Positions 40,166-49,582 of a stretch of DNA of 64,000 nucleotides are shown piece by piece (positions within the stretch are counted from its first letter, which is position 1; each line of letters opens with the position of its first letter). The notes under the pieces were generated by a model that did not search any database, was not told where the DNA came from, and saw only the letters and a list, made by a program, of their open reading frames with translations. The stretch covers positions 32,001 to 96,000 of the forward strand of contig JAGXNO010000004.1 of assembly GCA_019894975.1 (NCBI GenBank), in the 5' to 3' direction. This DNA comes from Promethearchaeota archaeon (lineage in GTDB: Archaea > Asgardarchaeota > Lokiarchaeia > Sigyniarchaeales > SOKP01). The translations under genes were made by a program, and so were the position numbers.

Positions 40166-42370
40166 ATGAAAAAACTTAATTTTCCATTCACAGCAATTCT
40201 CGGACAAGACAAGATGAAAATGGGTTTAATTCTTAACCTAATTGATCCTTTAATTGGGGGAATCTTGATGACAGGTCAACAGGGTACAGGAAAAAGCACT
40301 GCTGTTAGAAGTCTCGTGGAATTAATGCCCCAAATCGAAGTTATTAAAGGCTGCGATTTTTCTTGTGATCCTTATTCAGATGTAGATGATGTATGTGAAA
40401 ACTGCAAAGAAAAAATCGAAAATAAAAATGTCGAAACGGAATTTAGAGACATGTGGTTGGTAAATCTACCTTTAGGGGTAACTGAGGACATGGTATGTGG
40501 CTCATTATCTATCGACAAGGTACTTACAGAGGGAATAAGAGCTTTACATCCTGGACTACTTGCTAAAGCAAATCGAGGAATTTTATATGTAGATGAAATT
40601 AATTTACTTCAGGATCATATTGTTGATGTATTATTGGATTCTGCTGCTTCTGGTGTTAATATAATAGAAAGAGAGGGTATTTCAGTCTATCATCCCTCCA
40701 GATTCGTTCTTGTAGGAAGCATGAATCCTGAAGAAGGAGACCTAAGACCACAAATTGCCGATCGTTTGGGTTTAGAGGTTCGGATCAAAGCCCCAAGAGA
40801 TAATGAATTACGCGCTGAGATAACCAAAAGAGTTATTAGTTTTGATGATAATCCAAAGGAATATATTAAACAATTTGAAAGTGACCAGGAAACACTCAGG
40901 AAGAAAATCATAAATGCTCGTAAGCTCGTAAAAGAAGTGCAAATACCTGGTTCAATATATGAATTTGTATCTAAAATCGTGAGTGAATTAGAAATATTCT
41001 CTCAAAGAGCAGATATTACTTTTATTCGATGTGCAAGAGCTAACGCTGCTTTAAATGCTAGGAAATTGATAACTAATGAAGATTTGACAGTAGCAATGGA
41101 TTTGGTCTTTGAACACAGAATTCAATCACTTCAATACGAAATGACTCCTGAAGAGATTAAATCTAAGATTGCAGAAGTTTATGGAAAAATTAAAGAAGCT
41201 TATGAAGATACGAATGTTCTTCAACCTAATCGAGAAACCGAGGGACCATTAAAACATGATGATGGGGAACAAAAAGAGTTTAAACGCCAATCTGTCGATC
41301 CTAATAAAGTAGATATCCCAGAATCAAGAGAACAGAAGCTCCCTCCGCCCAAATATCCTGATGATAAGAAGAGAAATCCTAAACCTGCTGGAGGTTGGAA
41401 AGTTAAAAATATTCCATATGATGAAGATCTTCGATTTTTTGAAGCTAAAAATTCATCTCTACCATTTATATATCAAATGGAAAAAAAGATGACTTCCATC
41501 CTAGACAATATAAGAAAGGATCGAAAGATTTCTGATTATGGAGGTAGAGGAATAGGTAGAAGAATTAAGATATCTTCATCTCAAAAAGGCAGATATGTAT
41601 CATACAGATCACCTATGAGTGAACAGCCAAAACGGATTGCGTTAGATGCAACAATTAGGAATTATCTAAAAAATATAGCCTATAATGAAACTGATATAGA
41701 TTTTCCAATACATTTTAACAAATATGATTTAATGGATAAGATTTATGAATACCGTGCTCCTTTAGCTCTTTTTTTTGTACTAGATAGTTCTGCATCCATG
41801 TATCATGTAATTAGACAAATGACTGATGTAATATTAAGTCTGCATCGAGAAGGATATAGAAAAAGAGATAAAATATCTCTAATAATTTTTCGCGGTAAAC
41901 AAGCTGTAGTTCTTCAGAATCCCACTGTTAACTTTCAGATGGCGGTTAATAAATTGAAAAAGATCGAAGGTAAATCATACACACCCATGGCTGCAGCCCT
42001 TAAAAAGGTTTCAGATCTTATCAAAATTGAAAAATTAAAGGATAGGAACATTATCCCAATTGTATTTGTATGTAGTGATTGTGGTGCTAATATTTCGGTC
42101 AAACATCCCGGTTTAATAGCTCAAGTTGAAACTGATTATATGTTAATTACAGAAGAACTGAAAGATTTAACAAAGAAATTATCAAAACAAAAAATACATA
42201 TGGTGGTGCTGGAACCAAAAAAATCTTATGCTACTCAAGCTCTGGGGGTTCATACTTATTCCGCAGATAAAATTAAAAAGAATTTTAAAAAATATGCTGC
42301 TGCTCAGGTATATAAATTTAACAAATACAATCCCAATTCATTAATTTTGGAATTGAAAAAAATTCTTTAG
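40166..42370 (+). CDS. Mg/Co-chelatase ChlI-ChlD-like AAA+ ATPase with C-terminal VWA domain
   Basis: FPFTAILGQ, GQQGTGKST, ANRGILYVDE, NPEEG; VWA MIDAS DSSASM. Confidence 0.9.
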   Translation: MKKLNFPFTAILGQDKMKMGLILNLIDPLIGGILMTGQQGTGKSTAVRSLVELMPQIEVIKGCDFSCDPYSDVDDVCENCKEKIENKNVETEFRDMWLVNLPLGVTEDMVCGSLSIDKVLTEGIRALHPGLLAKANRGILYVDEINLLQDHIVDVLLDSAASGVNIIEREGISVYHPSRFVLVGSMNPEEGDLRPQIADRLGLEVRIKAPRDNELRAEITKRVISFDDNPKEYIKQFESDQETLRKKIINARKLVKEVQIPGSIYEFVSKIVSELEIFSQRADITFIRCARANAALNARKLITNEDLTVAMDLVFEHRIQSLQYEMTPEEIKSKIAEVYGKIKEAYEDTNVLQPNRETEGPLKHDDGEQKEFKRQSVDPNKVDIPESREQKLPPPKYPDDKKRNPKPAGGWKVKNIPYDEDLRFFEAKNSSLPFIYQMEKKMTSILDNIRKDRKISDYGGRGIGRRIKISSSQKGRYVSYRSPMSEQPKRIALDATIRNYLKNIAYNETDIDFPIHFNKYDLMDKIYEYRAPLALFFVLDSSASMYHVIRQMTDVILSLHREGYRKRDKISLIIFRGKQAVVLQNPTVNFQMAVNKLKKIEGKSYTPMAAALKKVSDLIKIEKLKDRNIIPIVFVCSDCGANISVKHPGLIAQVETDYMLITEELKDLTKKLSKQKIHMVVLEPKKSYATQALGVHTYSADKIKKNFKKYAAAQVYKFNKYNPNSLILELKKIL

Positions 42371-42455
42371 TTGTTAAAATATTTAATACACTTCAACAAA
42401 AGGTATAAAGGATTTCCTAGAAACTTCTTAAATTTTCTATTCTTAATGAAAATAG

Positions 42456-43703
42456 ATGGTAGATAAGACGAATTCTATTCTTGTAGTAGGCTTCAATACA
42501 AGACCGTTAGCTTATTCTTTGAATAAAGCAGGATATGAAATATATGCTGTAGATTTTTTTGGTGATTTGGATCTTTATCCAAGTGTGAAAGATAGTCTAA
42601 TCTTGACTAAAGAGTTAGCAACTAATTACGATTCAATTAAAAACAAATATGCTAAGCTATTTCCTGATTTTACAATAAAAATGTTGGAAAAGTATCCAGA
42701 AATAGATTATTTGATAATTGGAAGTGGATTAGATGATGCTTACAAAGAACGAGAAGATATTTTAAACGAAATACACAATGAGAAATATAAAATTATAAGT
42801 TTGAATAATGATGTAAAAACAATCAAAAGAGCTCGTGATATTGAATTTATTTTCAAAAGGTTAAAAGCTCACGAATTTCGTGTCCCCTTTACCATATCTT
42901 ATGATGGTTTAGAAAATTATAGCAATAATCTTAGATTTCCATGTGTCCTCAAGAAAAAGAGGAGTGCTGGGGGAATAAATATTTTCAATATCAAAAATCC
43001 TGAGGAATTTTCGGCCATAATTAAAAATTTAAAACTTAGGCAGTTTAATCCTTTAGACTGGGCGATTCAAGAATATATTAAAGGAATTCCTATTAGTTGT
43101 ACAACTATATCAAATGGTAAAGAATGTGAAGTTATTTCGATAAATCAACAAATTATTGGGGAACAATTTTTAAATTCCCCAAAAGAGTTTATGTATTGTG
43201 GGAATATTGTACCTGCGGATCTACAGGAAAGTGATGAACAACAAATATCCAAATTATCTATAATGCTATCAATTGAATTAGGTTTAAAAGGAATAAACGG
43301 GTTTGATTTTGTTTTGAAAGACCATCGCCCATTTCTAATGGAAATAAATCCAAGAATCCCCGGGTCGATTAGAGCATCTGAAACAAGTTTAGGTTTGAAT
43401 CTAATGGATTTACACATAAAAAGTTTTGCCCAAAATAAATGGGATAAAATTAAAAGTCAACTTAAATCATCAAAATTTAACTGCTATTCAACGAAATTTA
43501 TATTTTTTGCCCCTAAGGAAATCTATAAAACCCAAATTGTAAAAATAAATAACCTTGAAGGTATACATGATAAAACTGAACCAATAAGGAGTATATTAAA
43601 GGGGGAGCCTGTATGTACCATTTTAGTTAAGAATAAAGTAAAATCGGAATCTTATAATAAAGCTTTAGAGATTGTCTCTAAAATCAATGAAATTATTGAA
43701 TAA
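42456..43703 (+). CDS. Archaeal ATP-grasp domain protein (methanopterin/C1-associated family)
   Basis: G.NTRP.A.S, DFFGD.DL, QEYI.G, FMYCGN, EINPR. Confidence 0.8.
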   Translation: MVDKTNSILVVGFNTRPLAYSLNKAGYEIYAVDFFGDLDLYPSVKDSLILTKELATNYDSIKNKYAKLFPDFTIKMLEKYPEIDYLIIGSGLDDAYKEREDILNEIHNEKYKIISLNNDVKTIKRARDIEFIFKRLKAHEFRVPFTISYDGLENYSNNLRFPCVLKKKRSAGGINIFNIKNPEEFSAIIKNLKLRQFNPLDWAIQEYIKGIPISCTTISNGKECEVISINQQIIGEQFLNSPKEFMYCGNIVPADLQESDEQQISKLSIMLSIELGLKGINGFDFVLKDHRPFLMEINPRIPGSIRASETSLGLNLMDLHIKSFAQNKWDKIKSQLKSSKFNCYSTKFIFFAPKEIYKTQIVKINNLEGIHDKTEPIRSILKGEPVCTILVKNKVKSESYNKALEIVSKINEIIE

Positions 43704-44430
43704 TTGCTTTAATTTTGGCGATAATTTGGTTTAATTTCCTCTCATCCGCTTCTGGAACTGCTAATGCAAGAATACGATTCTCATCCAAATCGTGAATAAT
43801 GACAGATCCGTTATCCCCGCCGATTATAGAATACTCCATTCCACTTTCTAATAAAACACCTGATAAATTATATAGCGCTGCAACCATGGCTGATAGAATC
43901 GGTTCGGGCATAGTTGATTGAATTTTTATTGGTAAACCATCTTTTGTAATTATCGCTAGTACAAGGGTGTTAGGTATTGCTCTTTTCAATCCTTTGAATA
44001 TCTCCTCTTTAAGGATATCAGAAGTCTCGATTATTGCCGAAATTTGTAAAGCTAATTTTTGTAATCTATTTATATGTGAATCCAATCCTTCAAGTTCTGC
44101 TAATTCTCGATTCAAATAAGTTATCATCGTAATATTTCCTGTGAGAATCGATAAGACAATTCGATCTTTCCCCGTAATTAAATTATATGCTACATCTTGG
44201 TTTAAGGAATCTTTTAACATTTTAGACGAAAGGAATACTAAACTACTATTAGCTGCTGTAATCTCCCCCATTGTCATTTTAATCGACTTTTTAAACATAT
44301 TTGCAATTTTAGTGCCTTCAGGAGTTCCAACATTAATTCCTAATAAAGCAGACGTTGATTCGAGTTCCTTTTCGAGGATATTAGATATATCCGATTCTAA
44401 TTCCTCAAGAATCTTATCTTGTTCTTCCAT
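43693..44430 (-). CDS. Tandem Roadblock/LC7-like domain protein
   Basis: Two roadblock-like units (VGTPEG.KIA; IITKDGLPI...LSAMVAAL). Confidence 0.72.
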   Translation of the reverse strand: MEEQDKILEELESDISNILEKELESTSALLGINVGTPEGTKIANMFKKSIKMTMGEITAANSSLVFLSSKMLKDSLNQDVAYNLITGKDRIVLSILTGNITMITYLNRELAELEGLDSHINRLQKLALQISAIIETSDILKEEIFKGLKRAIPNTLVLAIITKDGLPIKIQSTMPEPILSAMVAALYNLSGVLLESGMEYSIIGGDNGSVIIHDLDENRILALAVPEADERKLNQIIAKIKAIIQ

Positions 44431-44492
44431 GAATCTATATTGTATATCTGAACATAAAAAGATAGTCTAATAATTCAGTAATAATAATAAAA

Positions 44493-45614
44493 TTGTATAT
44501 GGAAATAAAATCTAATATTTATATCATAATATTAGCTGCGGGGATAGCCACCAGATTAAAACCCCTCTCTGAAAAGATCCCAAAACCATTAATAGCTATT
44601 AGTGGTAAAACCCTTATATTCCGGATTATCTCGAATTTTAAAGAAGCAGGATTTAATAAATTCTGTATTGTTCTAGGTTATAAAAATGGGTTGGTTAAAA
44701 AGGAAATTTTAAAGATTAAAGATATTGAGGCGGATTTTATCGTTCAAAAAGAACCTACTGGTATGGCTGATGCTATTGCCTTCGCTATTAATTCCATCTT
44801 ACTAAACCATAATGATGCCTCAAAATTCTTTATTACTGCAGCAGATATTATTTTCTCTAAAGAAGAGCTCTTGAAAATGTTTGAACTTCATAAAAAAGCT
44901 GATATTGTTTTAAGTTTGATGAAATCTAATGATCTTGAGATTGCTAAAAGTCATGCAAATGTTAAAATATCAAAAGATTCAGGCTTAAGTAAAGATATCG
45001 ATGAAAATCAAGGTTTAAGCTTAATCGATATAATTGAGAAACCGAAACCACAGGAGATTATGAGTGATTATTATTCATTGCCATTATATCTAACTAATCT
45101 GGAAATCTTGAGATATTTTAAGAATTTAGAAATATCTGAGCGTGGGGAAAGAGAATTTCAAGATGTTCTAAAAAATGCAATGCAAAATCATCTAGATATT
45201 CGAGGTATAAGAATTCTAACTCCATTAATTACCGCAGAGAATATAGGGGAATTTCATTTAACCTGCTTACAAGATATAATTAGAATGAATAAAAGATTTT
45301 TAGTTGAAATTAAGAAGAACTCGTTTAAAGGAAAAAAACCAAACATTATTGAACCATTAAGATTCGGAAACGATGTTAAAATCGGAGATAAATTGAAATT
45401 AGGCCCGTATGTTATTATTGGTGATTCATCCACTATAGGGGATTTTTCTGAGTTGTCCAATACAATTCTATTTAACAAGGTAAATTTAGGAAAATTCTGT
45501 GCATTAGAATGGTGTATTATTGATGAGGGTGTATCTCTACCAGATAACTATTGTGCAAAAAATTGTTTTATCACGCGAGATAACAAAAATGATTTAGAAA
45601 TCATAAATTTTTAA
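44493..45614 (+). CDS. Sugar-phosphate nucleotidyltransferase with C-terminal left-handed beta-helix
   Basis: LAAGIATRLKPL..PKPL, Q..PTG.ADA, EKP, SERGERE. Confidence 0.85.
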   Translation: MYMEIKSNIYIIILAAGIATRLKPLSEKIPKPLIAISGKTLIFRIISNFKEAGFNKFCIVLGYKNGLVKKEILKIKDIEADFIVQKEPTGMADAIAFAINSILLNHNDASKFFITAADIIFSKEELLKMFELHKKADIVLSLMKSNDLEIAKSHANVKISKDSGLSKDIDENQGLSLIDIIEKPKPQEIMSDYYSLPLYLTNLEILRYFKNLEISERGEREFQDVLKNAMQNHLDIRGIRILTPLITAENIGEFHLTCLQDIIRMNKRFLVEIKKNSFKGKKPNIIEPLRFGNDVKIGDKLKLGPYVIIGDSSTIGDFSELSNTILFNKVNLGKFCALEWCIIDEGVSLPDNYCAKNCFITRDNKNDLEIINF

Positions 45615-45665
45615 ACTTTACTTGGTATAGTAAATATTATAAATAGGAATTATTGTGATTTTGGT

Positions 45666-46478
45666 ATGGATGAGTATGAACGAATTAATGAATTGAAGAA
45701 GCTCTTAGAGACAAAAGAAAGGCTACTTCGTTTAAAAGACGAACAGGTACAAACTCTGGAAAATTCTTTAAAGTGGAAAGATGAGCAAATAAAAACACTG
45801 GAAAGTTCGCTAAGGATAAAAGATGAAAAGGCCAGCACACTAGAAAAAACAATTGAATTAAAAGAGGATGATATTAGGAAATTAACAGCAACTTCAATAA
45901 ATAAAGATACTCTAAATGAAAAAGACGAGAAAATTTATCAGCTAGAAAAAGAATTAGAAATCCTTAACGATGAGTTAGCTAAAGCAGATGAAGATTTAGA
46001 AAGTTTAGAGCTTGAAAATGAGAAATTAAGAAAAGAGGAATCAAGTTCAACCGATAAAATTATCGATTTTACTAACGTAAAAATCACTAAAACCGAAATT
46101 CTTGAAAAGATGAGAGAAATGCTTCCAAACGCTATCTCTAATGTAACCATTGTCGTCCCAGGAATAGAAGATTTGCAAGACCTGTACTTATATGAGGTTA
46201 GATCTTCTGTCGCTATGAATATCTGCTGCTCAATTAATCTTGAAAATGATGAACATTCTGAGCTCCATCAAGAATTCGAATCTTTAGATAATATTACAAT
46301 CAAAAATTATGAACAAAAGGATAGGATAGGTATTGTTAGAGATGCAGAAGAATTACTTATTGGAGTTATAGGTTCTTCAGAAACGAATCATTTAGTATCG
46401 CATACAAAAGATCCCAAGCATATTCGATTGTTAAATTCATTGATAACCGAAGCTTGGATACGAAGCAGGAAAGTATAG
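45666..46478 (+). CDS. Coiled-coil protein with C-terminal TrmB/PLD-like alpha/beta domain
   Basis: 14-residue KDEQ..TLE.SL repeats; C-terminal IVVP...IVRDAEELLIG. Confidence 0.65.
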   Translation: MDEYERINELKKLLETKERLLRLKDEQVQTLENSLKWKDEQIKTLESSLRIKDEKASTLEKTIELKEDDIRKLTATSINKDTLNEKDEKIYQLEKELEILNDELAKADEDLESLELENEKLRKEESSSTDKIIDFTNVKITKTEILEKMREMLPNAISNVTIVVPGIEDLQDLYLYEVRSSVAMNICCSINLENDEHSELHQEFESLDNITIKNYEQKDRIGIVRDAEELLIGVIGSSETNHLVSHTKDPKHIRLLNSLITEAWIRSRKV

Positions 46479-46504
46479 AACTGCACATGTAAAATATTTT
46501 GAAA

Positions 46505-47227
46505 TTAAAAGAAAGGACATTTCCCTTTCTCACATTTATCATTTATTTCTGAGAAATTACATTTATTATGCTCATAATTCATTTCAATGTTAAATTTCTC
46601 TTTTAAAAAGTCGAGTGTTTCACATATTGCTAATTTAACTGATCGTTTGCAACAATGCTCCAAATTATCCGCTATTTTAGCTAATGATTTTGAGGTCATT
46701 TCATTTGCAAGTGACCTCTGTGTGTTTGTTGAAGGCGTTGCTCCTGTCATAATACTAACTGCTATCCCAAATCCCATGCCTGCTCCACAAGAATCATAAA
46801 ACCCACACCATCCTCCTGGTATTTTAGACGCCCTTCTAATCCCTTCTTTAATATCAAACGGGGTAATGTCATCGCCATTTACCTTTTTTATATCATTATT
46901 TTTAAGGGCGGTTAGAATCACCGCGGGAGTCAATACATGGTGTTCGGGACCATAAACCTTAAATTTATGATGTTTCATTATCAAATCTGCTAATTTAAAA
47001 GGATCTTTGATATTTGTTTCTTCACAAATTCTTTCGATAATTTCAATTGGATTTTTAGAATGACAATTATCACAAATATAATGTCCTTTTTCGCAGTAAA
47101 TATTAGTAGTGAAAGACTCTTCACAGAACATACAGGTTAAATTCCGATGATTTTTCGGATCTGTTGCATATACCAAATTCCCCCCGCAAAATTCACACTT
47201 ATCACTCTTTTTCTCTTTCATTTTCAA
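46505..47227 (-). CDS. Cys-rich DUF5714-like protein
   Basis: N-terminal zinc-finger-like CxxC clusters; GPEHH, PGGWCG..CGA, CCKR. Confidence 0.75.
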   Translation of the reverse strand: MKMKEKKSDKCEFCGGNLVYATDPKNHRNLTCMFCEESFTTNIYCEKGHYICDNCHSKNPIEIIERICEETNIKDPFKLADLIMKHHKFKVYGPEHHVLTPAVILTALKNNDIKKVNGDDITPFDIKEGIRRASKIPGGWCGFYDSCGAGMGFGIAVSIMTGATPSTNTQRSLANEMTSKSLAKIADNLEHCCKRSVKLAICETLDFLKEKFNIEMNYEHNKCNFSEINDKCEKGKCPFF

Positions 47228-47240
47228 TCATCCTTAATAT

Positions 47241-48092
47241 TTAAATTTCTATAAATGTCCTTTTTCTATTATGATAATGTGCTAATTCACTATATCCTAT
47301 CCTTTTTAAGATTTCTATCATCTTATCAAATTTCCACGCAATCTCTTCTGGCCTATGGGCATCTGATCCTAATAAAACAGGGATATCAAGAAAGAACATC
47401 TCCTTTATAATTTGTACACTCGGATATTGTTCTTTACAATCTTTCCTCAATCCCCCTGTATTAATTTCCATTGCTACACCTTTTTTCTTAATTTGCTCAA
47501 GGGTCCTCATCATTTCCTCATATACTTTCTCTTTATCTGTTGGGATATCATTAAATTTCTTTGGTAAATCAAAATGGGAAATTATATCAAAATCGAATTT
47601 GTCTGAATTTACCATTTTTTGTATCGACTGGTAATAGAATAAGTACACCGCATCGACTCCATAATACTCATATTCTTTTCTGAATCGGGAATCATCAAAT
47701 CCCCATGCTCCTCTCCCATTAAAAAAGTTTAATATATGTATTGAACCTAAAATAAAATCTAACCTTTTTTTAATGGGATTTAAGTGAGTATTTAAAGCTG
47801 ATTCTTGGTTTTTAAAATAATCTATTTCAAAACCAATTCTAACAGTGATATCTTGTTTATATTTCTCTTTCAATTCCTCAGAGGTTGTTAGATATTTTTC
47901 GATTTCAGGTAGTGCTATAGCATATTCTTCATAAGGAATTCTCTCAATATCATTTAGAAATTCATAAGGAAAATGATCACTGACTCCGATTGTTTTTAAT
48001 TTGAATTCTATCGCAATCTTCACATATTCCTCAATTTTACCGACTGCATGTTTGCACCCTTGGTTGTGAGTGTGCCAGTCTCCATATGCCAT
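47241..48092 (-). CDS. hisJ: Histidinol-phosphatase, PHP/HisJ family
   Basis: D.HTH, SDH, GSIH, HFDL.K, EINT.G, GSDAH. Confidence 0.85.
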   Translation of the reverse strand: MAYGDWHTHNQGCKHAVGKIEEYVKIAIEFKLKTIGVSDHFPYEFLNDIERIPYEEYAIALPEIEKYLTTSEELKEKYKQDITVRIGFEIDYFKNQESALNTHLNPIKKRLDFILGSIHILNFFNGRGAWGFDDSRFRKEYEYYGVDAVYLFYYQSIQKMVNSDKFDFDIISHFDLPKKFNDIPTDKEKVYEEMMRTLEQIKKKGVAMEINTGGLRKDCKEQYPSVQIIKEMFFLDIPVLLGSDAHRPEEIAWKFDKMIEILKRIGYSELAHYHNRKRTFIEI

Positions 48093-48193
48093 TGAATAAA
48101 GATAATAGTCAAATTAAGATAAAAATAATTATTCTAGAAGATAAACTGTTTATATTTATAATGGAATATAAAATAATTTGAAGGTAATCCTAT

Positions 48194-48682
48194 ATGACGA
48201 AATATCATATGAGAAGAGTAGAAAAGGAAATATCAGAAGAAAATGACATAACAACCATATTAAAAGGTGGAAAGTACACAATCATCTCATTGTGCAAAAA
48301 AAATGAAGCATACTTAGTAACTTTAAGTTATGGTTATGATCAAAATAAGAATGCTCTTTATTTCCATTGTGCTAATGAAGGTCAAAAAATTGATTATATT
48401 AAGTTTAATCCAAATGTATGTGGTACAGTTATTGAAGACAATGGTTATGATGATGGTTGTGGGCAAGCATATCGTTCAGTTGTATTTAGAGGGAAGATGA
48501 ATCTTGTAGAAGATCTACAGGAAAAAAAACATGGTTTTGATATCTTAATAAATCAGCTAGAGAATGATCCTCAAGCAATCAAACTTAGATTTTTAAAAGA
48601 AGATAAGACGTATGAGGAGACTGGAATGTTAAGACTTGATATAAGAGAGATTTCAGGTAAAGAAGAGAAAGTAGAATCCTAG
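48194..48682 (+). CDS. Pyridoxamine-5'-phosphate oxidase-like FMN-binding protein (NimA-like)
   Basis: MRR..EI, YFHCA.EG.K, YRSVV..G. Confidence 0.85.
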   Translation: MTKYHMRRVEKEISEENDITTILKGGKYTIISLCKKNEAYLVTLSYGYDQNKNALYFHCANEGQKIDYIKFNPNVCGTVIEDNGYDDGCGQAYRSVVFRGKMNLVEDLQEKKHGFDILINQLENDPQAIKLRFLKEDKTYEETGMLRLDIREISGKEEKVES

Positions 48683-49464
48683 GACCTAGAACATTTTAAA
48701 ACCGTTTGCCAACAATACTGCTTTAATACTTTTATTTTAGTTAAAGGGGATTCAATAATATTTAGAATTTTATAAAAACCTTTAAACAGAGCCTTATTTC
48801 TTATGAAATCTCTGAAAAACATTGCTAAAGGGGAAACTAGAAAATATTCATAATGTTCAAGATTACCAAATACTGCATTTGCAACCTCTATATCTGAAAC
48901 ATATAGGGGGTGCTCATGTTGAGTCCTTTTTTCTGGCGCAAAGAACTTTCTATTTAGCTCAACTATTATATTTTTTTTCAATGGTTCAATAAACACAATA
49001 TATCCTTTATATTTGAGTATTCTCTTACACTCTTTAAAGAATAATTCAAGATTAGGTAAATGGTGTATTACTCTTGACCCCACAATCATATCAAACGATT
49101 TATTTTCAAAATCTGGGATTTGAGCGTTCATTTCTCGAAAATCAATGTGTAATCCTCTTAATTTAGCTTCAATCTTACAAACTTCGATTGAATTTTTAGA
49201 GAGGTCTATTCCTGTTACAATCGCACCTTTTTGGGCTAAATAAAAAGACAAAGTCCCACTGCCACATCCCACATCTAGAATTTTTTTATTTTTAACATCT
49301 CCTAACTTTTCTTTAAATTTTACATTCGCTCTGCGGAAGAAGCTTTCCCCTTCTAAATCATAATCTCCGCTGGAACTACCCACAGCTTTGCTATAATATT
49401 TTTTTTCGTTTTCGAAAATCTGATTATATTTTGAAAGGATTTTCTGACGTTCTTCTAAGTTCAT
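48679..49464 (-). CDS. Class I SAM-dependent methyltransferase
   Basis: ILDVGCGSG, GIDLS, IHHL, EP. Confidence 0.88.
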   Translation of the reverse strand: MNLEERQKILSKYNQIFENEKKYYSKAVGSSSGDYDLEGESFFRRANVKFKEKLGDVKNKKILDVGCGSGTLSFYLAQKGAIVTGIDLSKNSIEVCKIEAKLRGLHIDFREMNAQIPDFENKSFDMIVGSRVIHHLPNLELFFKECKRILKYKGYIVFIEPLKKNIIVELNRKFFAPEKRTQHEHPLYVSDIEVANAVFGNLEHYEYFLVSPLAMFFRDFIRNKALFKGFYKILNIIESPLTKIKVLKQYCWQTVLKCSRS

Positions 49465-49582
49465 TATTCTTTCATATCAATATCCATTTTTTTTCAATTA
49501 TAATTTCACTTGATATAAAATGGAAAAAATTTCTTATTAATTATGGTTTAAGATTAAATAAGATTTAAAATATTTTAGAAAT

